Shown here: positions 35,185-45,285 of the stretch, piece after piece
Layout of the letters: every line of letters begins with the position of its first letter
How positions within the stretch are numbered: the stretch's first letter is position 1
Assembly: GCA_041483895.1 (NCBI GenBank)
Contig: JBGPGO010000004.1
Location: 33,987-97,986, forward strand
Direction: 5' to 3'
Source: Fimbriimonadia bacterium
GTDB taxonomy: Bacteria; Armatimonadota; Fimbriimonadia; Fimbriimonadales; JABRVX01
Length of the DNA: 64,000 nucleotides
Notes under the pieces: model-generated
Seen by the model: only the letters and a program-made list of their open reading frames with translations
What the model was told of the DNA's origin: nothing
The model's database searches: none
Translations under genes and position numbers: made by a program

Positions 35185-37818
35185 CTACCCCTCCCCGCTC
35201 AGGCCGAAGTTGATGAAGACGATATCGATGTCATGTAAATCGACTGTTCCGCTCCCATCGATATCGTCGTCAGGTGCGGCATCTCCAAAGTTGACCATCA
35301 TCGAGTTCAAATCGCGCAGATCAACACGGTTATCTTGCGTGGCGTCACCGTTCACCGAGAGGGTCCAGTCTAAACGCTGTACACTGCCCGTCGGTGCGTT
35401 GGAAGCGACCTTTGAAAGCCAATGAGAACCCTTGAAGATGACATCTTCGCCGGCATCCAAGAAGCCTTGATAGTTGGAGAGAACGTTGATCGACAGCTCG
35501 GTCGAGTCGATCAACGCTCCGCCTGTCTTACCGGTCAATCTCGCCGGTAAGCCAGAGGGATCACCCACGTAGTCGGCAAGATCGACATGTCCGTAGTATT
35601 GGGTTCCGGAAAAGAAATATCGTTCAGCAAGCATCTTGTAACCGTATTGAGAATTGCATGTGCCGACCACATACAGGTCATGATCCGGCGACGCTGCAAC
35701 TGAGTACCAAGTACACGAGGAATTTACAGTATCATTTGCGCTGTCCCAGAACAGCAAATTACCATTCGTATCCAATTTCGCGACAAACGCGCCATTACCA
35801 GGCCCGTCGCCGGCAATGTACAGATTCTCGTCCTCATCCAGAATTCCGGTCAAAGCGCATTCATTATTACCAGGCTTTTCGATCTGCTTGAACCAAACCT
35901 GGTTTCCGTCCGAATCGTATTTGATGACAATGGAATCAATATAATTGCCCGGATCATCGCTCTGCGCATATCCTATCACGTAGATATTGCCGGACTTTCC
36001 GATCGCCATATCTGTAGCCTCGTCCAGCAAGTTGGCGGATCCGTTCTCCAGTACGCTCCAAAGCACATCTCCTGTGGGGCTGAATTTCATCGTCATGACA
36101 TCGGCGGCTTCTCCCGGCACCTCCCAAATGGCAGTGACATAGATATTGCCATCCGGATCTATCACCATGGCGGCGCCCTCTCGTATCTCATCCTCCTCAT
36201 TGAATACTTTGGACCAGAGAAGATCGCCGTCTTTGCTATAACAGACGACCGCAAATTGCTCGCTATAATAGTACGGATCCGCTCCGTTGAACGCAACAAT
36301 GACATTGTCGTCCTTGCCGACGCGCACAGCAAATGGCGCGTCAGGATATCCGGGAAATGACGGAAAGCTACGTTGCCACAGCTGATGGCCGTCCGCGTCC
36401 AGCTTGATGACAGTGAGGTCTCTGTCCGTCGAACTGTTCTTCACCGCCGTCCATCCAGCGACATAGATGGATCCATCATCGGACCGCGCCAATCTGGAAG
36501 CTCCATCGGCTAACGGTTTCGGATCGCCGGGCGGGGTACCGTCATAGACGAAATTCCAGACAAGATTTCCGGCAGGATCGTATTCTCTTACAATCATATC
36601 CTGATTGGCCGCGCTGGCTATTCCGCCTCGACAGGCAACGATCGCTTTGCTGTCGGGAGTGACGAGCAGATCGGATGGACCGGAAAAGGTATCTTGGTAG
36701 GCGGTAATCGATTGAGTCCAGATCGGTGCGAGCTTCGTATCGTATTTGACGACAAACAATGTATCGGCCGGAGTCGTATCCATACCACCAATGGCATATA
36801 GGGTGCCATCCGGCGCATACTTAATACGCCTTCCAACTCCCAAAGCATCATTATGATCGAATGGGATGTGATAGGGTCTTTGCGAAACAACCTCAATTCC
36901 GGTGAGAGGTGTCGCGGCCTCATTATCCCAAGCATCGATCACGACAACCTGAATCGTGTGAACACCAAAACCGGGTGTCATTCCGGCGTACTCGTGATCT
37001 CCCAATGGGCAATTGTCGATCTCCTCCTTTCTGTGTACATCAACATAAAGGTCGCAATGAACCGGGAGCCCTTCTGCATCGGAAACGTTGTAATGAACTG
37101 AAAAAGGCTGGAAGAGCATGGCGCCCTGCTGCGGAGCCGATATCGCGACGGTGGGAGGAGAATCGACATAGTCTGCCAGGCGCACATCATCAAAACGCAT
37201 CACTGCAGAAATCTGGGCAATTATTGTGGTCTGGCACAATTCCTCCTCGGCTGATGCTCGTCCGGAGAGGAAGATGGTGAGCCTGTCCGTGGTGATGGTT
37301 CCCGTACGGACCTGGGCGCGGACGAAAACTCCAGTCTGTTCTTGGTAGTCGCCCCAAATGACCGTTGGAGCATCTATATCCGTTCCACCTGTCGGATCGC
37401 TGCCGACGCGAAAACGGAAAGTGCCTCCGGATGCGATGTGTCCGCTGCCATTTGCCCAAGCGCCGAGATTGAAGTCACCGGTCGTGGGAGCTCCCAACTG
37501 GATCGTTTGCCGCAAGACCGATTGAACGAACACATCGTTCGTGACGCAATTGCCATTGGAAGGTTGCTTGACGAAGATCTTCGCCTCAGCATAATAGGCG
37601 AGGCTACCGTTGCGACCCGCGCTTTGGACGCCGGAAGAGATCGTGGCTGGGGCCTTGCCATGTCCGCCGTAGGACCGGGTCTCCAGCCACGGGCTGAGGG
37701 AACCGGACTCAAAGTTAGAGTTCTGAACTGGGATATCGCCCGCGAAAGCGATGGCGCAGACAAATGGGATGATGATTGCAAAGAAGATTCGTGAACGGAT
37801 GATCATGACTCGCCTCAC
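35185..37818 (-). CDS. large secreted CBM-like / Ig-like / beta-propeller / dockerin protein (paralogue B)
   Basis: Same architecture and length as 20021..22630. DIPVQNSNFESGSLSPW, propeller blades, C-terminal NGDATQDNRVDLRDL and DIDGSGTVDLHDI. Confidence 0.8.
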   Translation of the reverse strand: MRRVMIIRSRIFFAIIIPFVCAIAFAGDIPVQNSNFESGSLSPWLETRSYGGHGKAPATISSGVQSAGRNGSLAYYAEAKIFVKQPSNGNCVTNDVFVQSVLRQTIQLGAPTTGDFNLGAWANGSGHIASGGTFRFRVGSDPTGGTDIDAPTVIWGDYQEQTGVFVRAQVRTGTITTDRLTIFLSGRASAEEELCQTTIIAQISAVMRFDDVRLADYVDSPPTVAISAPQQGAMLFQPFSVHYNVSDAEGLPVHCDLYVDVHRKEEIDNCPLGDHEYAGMTPGFGVHTIQVVVIDAWDNEAATPLTGIEVVSQRPYHIPFDHNDALGVGRRIKYAPDGTLYAIGGMDTTPADTLFVVKYDTKLAPIWTQSITAYQDTFSGPSDLLVTPDSKAIVACRGGIASAANQDMIVREYDPAGNLVWNFVYDGTPPGDPKPLADGASRLARSDDGSIYVAGWTAVKNSSTDRDLTVIKLDADGHQLWQRSFPSFPGYPDAPFAVRVGKDDNVIVAFNGADPYYYSEQFAVVCYSKDGDLLWSKVFNEEDEIREGAAMVIDPDGNIYVTAIWEVPGEAADVMTMKFSPTGDVLWSVLENGSANLLDEATDMAIGKSGNIYVIGYAQSDDPGNYIDSIVIKYDSDGNQVWFKQIEKPGNNECALTGILDEDENLYIAGDGPGNGAFVAKLDTNGNLLFWDSANDTVNSSCTWYSVAASPDHDLYVVGTCNSQYGYKMLAERYFFSGTQYYGHVDLADYVGDPSGLPARLTGKTGGALIDSTELSINVLSNYQGFLDAGEDVIFKGSHWLSKVASNAPTGSVQRLDWTLSVNGDATQDNRVDLRDLNSMMVNFGDAAPDDDIDGSGTVDLHDIDIVFINFGLSGEG

Positions 37819-37940
37819 TTATGATAAATCTGATAATAGATGACTCTGATTCTCTCCGATTCTATTGATTTTGCCAAGAAAATTATCCGCCGTAGCGTGT
37901 GGACATCTCATTCTCCAAAATTTTCAGTCGAATCATTATC

Positions 37941-40571
37941 CTATTCCTCACCCGTCAGCCCGAAATTGACAACGATGATGTTTATATCCGGCACGTCGAC
38001 GGTTCCACTGCCATCCATGTCCGAATTGGGATCGTTGAGTGCGAAATTGACAAAAATCTGGTTGAGATCGGGAAGCGCAATGCGATTGTCTCCTGTCGCG
38101 TCTCCATTGTACGGAATCGTCCAGTCCAACCGTGGCCCACTATTCTGATCGACGGGAGTCGCAACCGAGAGCCAATGAGTTGGTTTCAACGTCAACCGTT
38201 CGGATAGCCCGTCTTCGAGCAGGACGGAGTAATTCCCTAACGCACTGAGGGAGGCACTGCGTGATTCCGTCTTCTGGCCGCCTTGCCACGAAGCGAATTC
38301 CGCCTCAAGCCCGTCGAGCGAACCGGTGTATGCCGCCAAGTCGACTTGACCGAACCAATAGCGGGCGGATGCGGGAACGCGGATCGTTTTCATCGTCTCG
38401 GTCTGCTGATTACCTGTGGCAGCGCCGGTCACATATGCATCGCCGTCGGAAAATACCGCCATGGATCTCGCATAGAATTTGTTCCAAATAATTCCGGTTA
38501 GAGTCCTTGATTCCAAGACTTGACCATCAAGCGAACTTTTGAAAACAAGAGCGGGCGAATTATTATCGCTGCCGAGTAAATGTATTTTGCCGCTGCCGTC
38601 TTCGAAGATCGCAGTCGCAGTATCCCATATCTCTGGATTCTTGTCCTGTGCCACCCATTGCTGTTGGCCGTCGTTGTCGTACTTGATTACCACAAGGTCG
38701 TAGCCATAACTTGAACTTACCCAGTAATTGCCGCCGACGAGAATACCTCCGTCGCTCGCGATTGTAATGCAGCCAGCGGTATCATCCGCATTTCCGATCC
38801 CGTTCTGGCTGCGTGCCCACAAGAGCGACCCTTCGCTGTTGTACTTGAGGGTGTAGATATCGGGGAGACCGTTCTCCCCCGGACAGGATGCGGCAACGTA
38901 TACATTTCCTTCGCCGTCAGCTACGATTCCGTTGGTTTCATTTCTGTCAGCCCTGGATGTAAATTCCTGCGTCCAAGCGATCGTTCCGGTCGGGTTAACC
39001 GCGGTAAGGCTAACTTGCGACCGCTGCGCGTCGGAATTCGAACCGGTCGTTGACGCGAGATAGATCTTTCCGTCTGAACCTATGGAGAACTGGACGGGAG
39101 TCAGATGATACCCGTCGTCCGGCAGAATGAAAGTCCTCCAAACTTCGTTGCCCTGCGCGTCAAGCTTCAACAAGAAATCGCGGATTGTGTACGGCGCCTC
39201 GCGGAGCGCTGATTTGCCAAACAGGTAGATATTTCCGTTGCCATCCCGGGCGAGATTTGTGGGTTGATCGTCTGCGGGGTGAGAAGATCCCTCCGGTGTG
39301 CCATCGAAGACAAATCGCCATTGTTCCACTCCGTTGGGGCCTATATCAAGCACGTATGCGTCGGCGGATTGCGGATTAATGCTAACGCTGCTGTTGACCG
39401 CAACAATCTTACTCCCATCCGGATGAACGATCATGTCCACAGGTTTGCAAATCTTGCCCGCCAGGTTACAAGTATATCGGTTCTCTTGCAAGGTATTCAG
39501 TCTGCGATCAAATCGAAGGACAGCAAATCGGCCAACACCATTCTCCGAAAAACCGCCCACTCCTATCAGTTGATCTTGACCGAAAGTTTTCAGGAGGTAG
39601 CATGACGCATTACCCGTTGGACCGGTATATAGATTCATTTGAGCTTCGGGCATCGATTCAATATAGACAGGTCCTGAAGTTGACGTGTTGTCCCAGTCGT
39701 CGGTCACTGTCAGTTCATATTGATGAATCCCATAGCCAGCCATAATGTTGGTAAACTGTACGTCCCCACCTGTAGTTGTCACAGGTGACTGATACTTTTC
39801 TCCGTCTCGATAAAGATTGACTGTCATACCTTCAGATTCCGGGTCCGTTACATTGAACGTCAACGAATAAGGCTGAATCATAGGAGCGCCATTTGTGGGA
39901 TCAGTCAGTACAATGACGGGCGGCTGATCGAGAGACGTCGCCATGTGAACTGAATCAACGCGAAGCGTTGCGGTCAGTGTCTGCGGCATGGACGCATTGC
40001 ATACGCGCATAGAAACTTCCGCGTATCCTTGAATGAATACCGTGAATGTGTTGGAGGTCGTAGGAGGAAGGGATAGGATCTGGCGAACCCAGCGTGCATT
40101 GGGAATAGCGGTTACTTCTGTCCAGACCACCGATAAGCCGTTCTCGTCTTCACTGCCCGTTGGATCGAGCCCGATGCGCGCATGCATTTCGGATGTGTCA
40201 CCTTGCGATACATTACCAACCAACCATATCGCTAGAGCGATTGGGCCCGTGACACTGGCCGCAAGCGAGAATGACTGATGCATGGATAGGCTGAGATGGA
40301 TGTTGTTATCCGTGCATTGGCCGGGTTTCGGTGGCTGTGCGGCCATCGATGCTCTCGCACGATAGCCGTAGATACCGGAATAGCTGTCGCTCGTCACGCC
40401 GGCTTCCAATGTCGGACTGCCGCCGCCTTGGCCGACGACGCTGGCATTTGCGACCCAAGGATCAAGATTGCCTGTCTCAAAATCACCGTTCGGAACGGTT
40501 ATGGTGGACGCGAGGCACCGCGCTGCCAAAGCTCCCATTCCAAGCGCGAGGATCGGACTTCGTATTTCCAT
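37941..40571 (-). CDS. large secreted CBM-like / Ig-like / beta-propeller / dockerin protein (paralogue C)
   Basis: Same architecture. ITVPNGDFETGNLDPW, propeller blades, C-terminal NGDATGDNRIALPDL and DMDGSGTVDVPDI. Confidence 0.8.
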   Translation of the reverse strand: MEIRSPILALGMGALAARCLASTITVPNGDFETGNLDPWVANASVVGQGGGSPTLEAGVTSDSYSGIYGYRARASMAAQPPKPGQCTDNNIHLSLSMHQSFSLAASVTGPIALAIWLVGNVSQGDTSEMHARIGLDPTGSEDENGLSVVWTEVTAIPNARWVRQILSLPPTTSNTFTVFIQGYAEVSMRVCNASMPQTLTATLRVDSVHMATSLDQPPVIVLTDPTNGAPMIQPYSLTFNVTDPESEGMTVNLYRDGEKYQSPVTTTGGDVQFTNIMAGYGIHQYELTVTDDWDNTSTSGPVYIESMPEAQMNLYTGPTGNASCYLLKTFGQDQLIGVGGFSENGVGRFAVLRFDRRLNTLQENRYTCNLAGKICKPVDMIVHPDGSKIVAVNSSVSINPQSADAYVLDIGPNGVEQWRFVFDGTPEGSSHPADDQPTNLARDGNGNIYLFGKSALREAPYTIRDFLLKLDAQGNEVWRTFILPDDGYHLTPVQFSIGSDGKIYLASTTGSNSDAQRSQVSLTAVNPTGTIAWTQEFTSRADRNETNGIVADGEGNVYVAASCPGENGLPDIYTLKYNSEGSLLWARSQNGIGNADDTAGCITIASDGGILVGGNYWVSSSYGYDLVVIKYDNDGQQQWVAQDKNPEIWDTATAIFEDGSGKIHLLGSDNNSPALVFKSSLDGQVLESRTLTGIIWNKFYARSMAVFSDGDAYVTGAATGNQQTETMKTIRVPASARYWFGQVDLAAYTGSLDGLEAEFASWQGGQKTESRSASLSALGNYSVLLEDGLSERLTLKPTHWLSVATPVDQNSGPRLDWTIPYNGDATGDNRIALPDLNQIFVNFALNDPNSDMDGSGTVDVPDINIIVVNFGLTGEE

Positions 40572-40648
40572 GCCACACCCCCAAATTTGCTGCGTTCAAA
40601 TACTAAAGACTGATTTCGCCGTCAAATCTATCCATCGACACCGAAAAA

Positions 40649-41824
40649 TTACCCGCCATATCGGGGCGAAGGATCACCTTTCGTCTCAGATAGCGTCCGA
40701 TCGAGCGTGGCGGAGATGGGGGCGCTGGAAGCCGAAGCGAGGGGGGAGTGGAGTTCCAGGAGCAGTTTCCGGTCCGGTTCCAGGCCAAGCCCTGGGCCTT
40801 CCGGGACGATGAGCTGCGAATTATCGTATCGAACGCGGGGATCGCACACGTCGTCGGCATAGAGGCATGGACCGGTGCAGTCGGAGACATGCTCCAGATT
40901 GGGGACGGCGGCACCGATCTGGGCCTGCGCCGCCGTACCGAGCGAAAGTTCTTGCGTTGTGCCGATCAGGCAGGCGATGTCGGCCGATTGCGCCATCCGA
41001 AACATCCCCAGCGCCGCCTCAAAACCGCCGATGAAGGTGAGTGCGATGTTGAAGATGTCCACCGAGCGGTTTTGCAACAATTGGATGGCGTAATGGCGGC
41101 TGATCACGTGCTCGCTGACCGGAATGGGGCATTTTTCACGGAATGTCGCCAGGCCCTCAAAATCGTACCGTAGCGTGGGGCTTTCTACAAGAGTCGGGTT
41201 GTACGGCAGCAGTCGCTCGGTGACGCACCACGCCTCTTTCCAATCGAGAATGTTGCTGAAGTCGATGGATTTTAGATTTGCACCTTTGGGGAGCTGTTTG
41301 CAGAATGCCTCGTCCATTTCCGGACGCCTGCCAACATAGAGCCGAAAATGAGTGAAGCCTTCTGACTGGCGCTCCTTCACCGTTTGCAGATTCTTTTCGA
41401 CGTCTTCTTCAGATGTGATGCGGAAGATGGGGTAGCAGACGGGAAAGCTATCCCGCGTCTGACCGCCCAACAGTTGATTGATAGGAACGCCAAGCTGCCG
41501 TGCGACCGCGTCATGCAGTGCCATGTCAATGCCGCATCGAATCACGGCGCCCATGTCATATACATACATCTGTTCCGGAAACGCCTGCAGCATTTTTGCG
41601 TTGAGCGCCGCAATCCGCCGCGCATCTTGGCCCACTAGCAGTGTGTTAAGAGCTTTCTCCAAATCCGTGAGGTCCGGCACATACATGGGAAGATGCCCCA
41701 GATCCGACACCTCTCCCCAGCCGATACCACTATCAGTTGTCAGCTCAATGATGACGTGATGGGAGATCAGGCCCGTGTGGCGCTTTGTTGCGACTGGATG
41801 AAGTTTGATCTGGAAAATCTTCAT
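40649..41824 (-). CDS. enolase superfamily enzyme (mandelate racemase / muconate lactonising enzyme family)
   Basis: N-terminal capping domain plus a TIM-barrel-like region with spaced acidic ligands (IDFS, VESP, VDIFNI). Substrate unknown. Confidence 0.7.
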   Translation of the reverse strand: MKIFQIKLHPVATKRHTGLISHHVIIELTTDSGIGWGEVSDLGHLPMYVPDLTDLEKALNTLLVGQDARRIAALNAKMLQAFPEQMYVYDMGAVIRCGIDMALHDAVARQLGVPINQLLGGQTRDSFPVCYPIFRITSEEDVEKNLQTVKERQSEGFTHFRLYVGRRPEMDEAFCKQLPKGANLKSIDFSNILDWKEAWCVTERLLPYNPTLVESPTLRYDFEGLATFREKCPIPVSEHVISRHYAIQLLQNRSVDIFNIALTFIGGFEAALGMFRMAQSADIACLIGTTQELSLGTAAQAQIGAAVPNLEHVSDCTGPCLYADDVCDPRVRYDNSQLIVPEGPGLGLEPDRKLLLELHSPLASASSAPISATLDRTLSETKGDPSPRYGG

Positions 41825-41828
41825 GGTA

Positions 41829-41915
41829 TTAGTTCAAAACTTGCCAAATGGAATATCGAAGAATCCTGTTGCATGATTTCAAAATATCTTCTAGCCAAAG
41901 CTTTAGCTTACGCAA
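41829..41915 (-). pseudogene. truncated HEPN (DUF86) toxin remnant, 28 codons
   Basis: Hand translation from a TTG overlapping the MNT stop gives MRKLKLWLEDILKSCNRILRYSIWQVLN*. This resembles the conserved DUF86 N-terminus (LYLxDILxxIxxIxxY). It ends 4 nt before the enolase-family gene start. Confidence 0.4.
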
Positions 41916-42198
41916 CGCGGATTGCCTCATCCAACACGGATGTTCGTATCGATGGCCGTAGCGCCGCCTCCGTCACTAAATCGACATGGAGTCCTAACAA
42001 CTCCTCCAAGAAAAACAGCAGATCAAAGTATCCATCAAAAGTTGTCTTGCCTTTGAATTGAACAAGAATGTCTAGGCCACTGGCTTCATTATTTTCAGCG
42101 CGGGCAAACGAACCAAACAGTGGAAGCGACTCAACATCAAATTCACTCAGCCGGTCCTTATTGGCCCTGATTTTCTCAATAATTGTATCTCGATCCAT
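41908..42198 (-). CDS. nucleotidyltransferase-domain protein (MNT-type antitoxin of HEPN/MNT modules)
   Basis: LFGSFARAENNEASGLDILV (the GS...D.D Pol-beta NTase motif). 96 aa. Confidence 0.8.
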   Translation of the reverse strand: MDRDTIIEKIRANKDRLSEFDVESLPLFGSFARAENNEASGLDILVQFKGKTTFDGYFDLLFFLEELLGLHVDLVTEAALRPSIRTSVLDEAIRVA

Positions 42199-42240
42199 AA
42201 TAAGATTGTAACCGATCCCAAGATAAAATTGCAGACTCGA

Positions 42241-44091
42241 CTATAAAGCATTCTTGTCGCCACCCACCGCCTTCCGCATCAACGGCAAATCCCCAACCTC
42301 CAATATCCGGTGCGGCATGGCATAGCCGGGAAGGTCCTCCCGATCGAACACGTCCAGGTAGCTGCGAAGGGTCTTCTGCCCGAACGCCCTCTTGATCCGG
42401 GAATCCATAATCGCGGCGAGATAGGCCACCTGCCCGCCGCCGGGACCATACCCCCACACCTCGATTTCACCCATCTCCACATCGTCGCGCGAGGCCAAAT
42501 AGTCCACCGCGCGGCTGACGTCCCACGCCCACATGATCACGTCCGGCCGCCCGACGTAGGTGGCGAGCCGCTGGTCCAAACCCGGTATGTTCCCAAATCC
42601 GCGCCCCGTGATCGTCATATCGATGTGCGGCCCGCCCTCTGCCGGCAGCGCCCCGTCCTCATACCCGCGCTCCGCCAAAATGATCCGCGCCGGCAGCTTG
42701 CCTCCGGGCCGGCGTGACAACACAAACGGAATCCGCAGACCCGGTTCCGAAACGTAGCTCCCCGTAATCTGTTCCAGCGTCTGTCCCGCGGTCTGTGTCA
42801 CTTTTCCATCGACGGGGACGCGCGCCGGCTCCGGATAGATCTTCTTCATCCGCTGTGCCAAGTACCCCCGCAAATCCCCTTTCGCATCCGCTACCGCCTT
42901 GGCCGCCAATGCCGCGCCTTTCTCCCGTGCCAGCGCCAACATTGTGCGGGCGTCCGCGTACGGCTTGCCATCAGGAAAACACTGAGACGCGGGCGCCTTC
43001 CAATCCTCCACATTCATCGGCGGGTCGCTACCCCGGTCGGCCAGTTCCCGCAATTCCTTTGCCGGACCGCCATCGCCAATACCCATCAAATGCTTCAACA
43101 CAAACCCATACATCCGCTCGCGCATCGGCTTGCGATAGTCATGCCCACCTTGCGCAATCAGCACTTGGCAATCGTCCGGTTTTCCATACGCTTCATATAG
43201 CTTGAGCAGCTTTGCGTGCGTCCGCAGCGTTCCCTCTTTTGGGAACTCGGCATCCGTCTCCGCGCCGATCACCAGAACCGGTTTCGGCGCGGCAATCGCT
43301 AGTACGTCCGACCGATCGCCTAACAGAAACGCACCCGGAACATGGTTACAATAACACCCATTGCCATAGTTGTCTTCGTAGCTGCTGGGATAGCAGACGG
43401 GTATCGCCATGCTGATACGCGGTTCGACGGCAAACGCATACATAGATGTCAGTCCACCGCCGGACGCCCCCGTCACCGCCATTCGCTTCGTATCAAATTC
43501 CGGCCTCGTTTCGAGATAGTCGATCCCGCGCACAACATCCCATACCATCACGCCCTCAGGCGGAAGCGACGCCATATGCAAGCGCCAATCGGAATGCGGT
43601 CCGGGAAAATCGCGCTCGTCGTCGTTGTGCCCAACCTGGCCGGGCATATCGATGCACAAAACCGCAAACCCATACAGCGCGAGGCCGATGCACCGGGCCT
43701 GCACCACCGGTTCCAGCTTTTTGTGCGCCCAGTGCCCTACCGGCGCCAGCACCACCGGATATGGCGCGGTTCCCTTTTTCGGAATATATAGATAAGCCGT
43801 GCAATAGAACTTGGGATAGGTTTCGTATATCAGCTTCTCGATCACATATCCGTCGCGATCCAATTTGCCGGTGATCTTCGGATTGAGCGGCGTTTTTTCC
43901 GGCATCGGATCGAGGCCGAGCATTCCCAGCGCCTCATGCCGCATCTTCGCCTTCGTCTCTTCCTTCATCATCTCGGAGGGCGGGTGGCCGACGATCATTT
44001 TTCGGATCATCGCGTCCATGTATGCGGGGACCATTTTCGTGTCGGGTTGTTGTTGTGCGGTTGTCATAATCAGCGCCATTAGTGCGAGCAT
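42241..44091 (-). CDS. alpha/beta hydrolase (acetyl-xylan-esterase / dienelactone-hydrolase-like), two-lobed
   Basis: GASGGG nucleophile elbow and an N-terminal signal-like segment. A second hydrolase-like C-terminal lobe carries GYGPGGG. Confidence 0.65.
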   Translation of the reverse strand: MLALMALIMTTAQQQPDTKMVPAYMDAMIRKMIVGHPPSEMMKEETKAKMRHEALGMLGLDPMPEKTPLNPKITGKLDRDGYVIEKLIYETYPKFYCTAYLYIPKKGTAPYPVVLAPVGHWAHKKLEPVVQARCIGLALYGFAVLCIDMPGQVGHNDDERDFPGPHSDWRLHMASLPPEGVMVWDVVRGIDYLETRPEFDTKRMAVTGASGGGLTSMYAFAVEPRISMAIPVCYPSSYEDNYGNGCYCNHVPGAFLLGDRSDVLAIAAPKPVLVIGAETDAEFPKEGTLRTHAKLLKLYEAYGKPDDCQVLIAQGGHDYRKPMRERMYGFVLKHLMGIGDGGPAKELRELADRGSDPPMNVEDWKAPASQCFPDGKPYADARTMLALAREKGAALAAKAVADAKGDLRGYLAQRMKKIYPEPARVPVDGKVTQTAGQTLEQITGSYVSEPGLRIPFVLSRRPGGKLPARIILAERGYEDGALPAEGGPHIDMTITGRGFGNIPGLDQRLATYVGRPDVIMWAWDVSRAVDYLASRDDVEMGEIEVWGYGPGGGQVAYLAAIMDSRIKRAFGQKTLRSYLDVFDREDLPGYAMPHRILEVGDLPLMRKAVGGDKNAL

Positions 44092-45078
44092 CTATTTCCT
44101 CGGTTTTATTTCTGGATTGACTTGAAACGGGAGCGGTTCGCCGCGCAGGCCGGCGACCAAATTCTCGGCGGCGCGGACCGCCATCGCTGTGCGCGTTTGG
44201 ATGCTGGCCGAGCCGATGTGCGGCAGCAGCACCACGTTTTCGAGTTGAAGTAGCGGGTCGTCCATCGGCAGCGGCTCGGCTTGGAAAACATCCAGTCCCG
44301 CAGCCGCAATTTCACCGCTTCGCAGCGCATCGGCGAGCGCCTTTTGATCGACCAGCGCGCCGCGGGAGGTGTTGACAAAAACGGTGGTTTTCTTCATCGC
44401 GCGGAACTGCTCGACGCCGAACAGATTCTTGGTCTCCGGTGTGGAGGGGGCATGGACAGTGACGATGTCGCTCTCGGCCAGCAATTCATCAAAGGATACA
44501 AATCGCGCGCCCGTCTCCCGCTCCGCCTCTTCGTCGCGCGATCGATTGTGATAGATGACGCGCATGCCGAACCCGCGAGCCCGCCGCGCGACCGCCGTCC
44601 CGATGCGGCCCATCCCCACGATGCCGAGCGTCGCGCCGTGCACGTCCTGGCCAACCATGTACATCAGGTGCCAGTTGCCCCACTTGCCGCCGCGCACGAT
44701 GCGCTCGCCCTCGCCCAGCCGCCGCGCCGCCGCCATGATCAGCGCCCAGGCCAGGTCGGCGGTGGTCTCGGTCAGCACGCCCGGCGTGTTGCCAACCATC
44801 ACGCCGCGCTTGGAGCAGGCGGGCACATCAATGTTGTCGTACCCGACGGCGCAGTTGCTGACCACGCGCAGATTCGGCCCTGCGTCCAGCACCTCGTCGT
44901 CAATCCGATCGGTGAGGAACGACAGCAGCCCATCGGCCTCCCGGACTTCCCGCAACAGCACATCCCGCGGCACAGGCTCCGCATCCGGCTGCCATTGCCG
45001 CACGACGGCATGCGGCCGGATAACGGCCATCGCCTCTTCCGGGATCCACCGGCAGATGTAGGCTACGGGTTGGGACAT
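44092..45078 (-). CDS. D-isomer-specific 2-hydroxyacid dehydrogenase (glyoxylate/hydroxypyruvate reductase-like)
   Basis: GIVGMGRIGTAVARR NAD-binding motif and the LLPHIGSAS catalytic region. Start trimmed to MSQPVAYI at 45078. Confidence 0.9.
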   Translation of the reverse strand: MSQPVAYICRWIPEEAMAVIRPHAVVRQWQPDAEPVPRDVLLREVREADGLLSFLTDRIDDEVLDAGPNLRVVSNCAVGYDNIDVPACSKRGVMVGNTPGVLTETTADLAWALIMAAARRLGEGERIVRGGKWGNWHLMYMVGQDVHGATLGIVGMGRIGTAVARRARGFGMRVIYHNRSRDEEAERETGARFVSFDELLAESDIVTVHAPSTPETKNLFGVEQFRAMKKTTVFVNTSRGALVDQKALADALRSGEIAAAGLDVFQAEPLPMDDPLLQLENVVLLPHIGSASIQTRTAMAVRAAENLVAGLRGEPLPFQVNPEIKPRK

Positions 45079-45285
45079 GTTGCCCAATTCGGTACTTGGG
45101 GTCGCGATCCCTCCATTGCGGCACCTGGACGCACTAATCCCACCCAACCCGCCGCAACACCAACCTGATCCTTGCACCGAATAGTCCCGACAATCGGACC
45201 TTTCGAAAATCACCATTCATAAATGTCAATGAGGTCGTGTAATTGTACACCGGAGAGGTTCAGGCATCGCAAGACCAATTCGGTC

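Noticed and set aside
20021-40571. Interpreting the dockerin-bearing proteins as a cellulosome
   Set aside because: No cohesin/scaffoldin and no glycoside hydrolase catalytic domains are recognisable in the window. Dockerin-like modules are widespread outside cellulosomes, so only a generic surface-display role is suggested.
44281-45168. 295-aa + strand ORF
   Set aside because: It is antisense to the 2-hydroxyacid dehydrogenase gene (clear GxGxxG and catalytic motifs). Its composition is Arg/Ala/Pro-rich.
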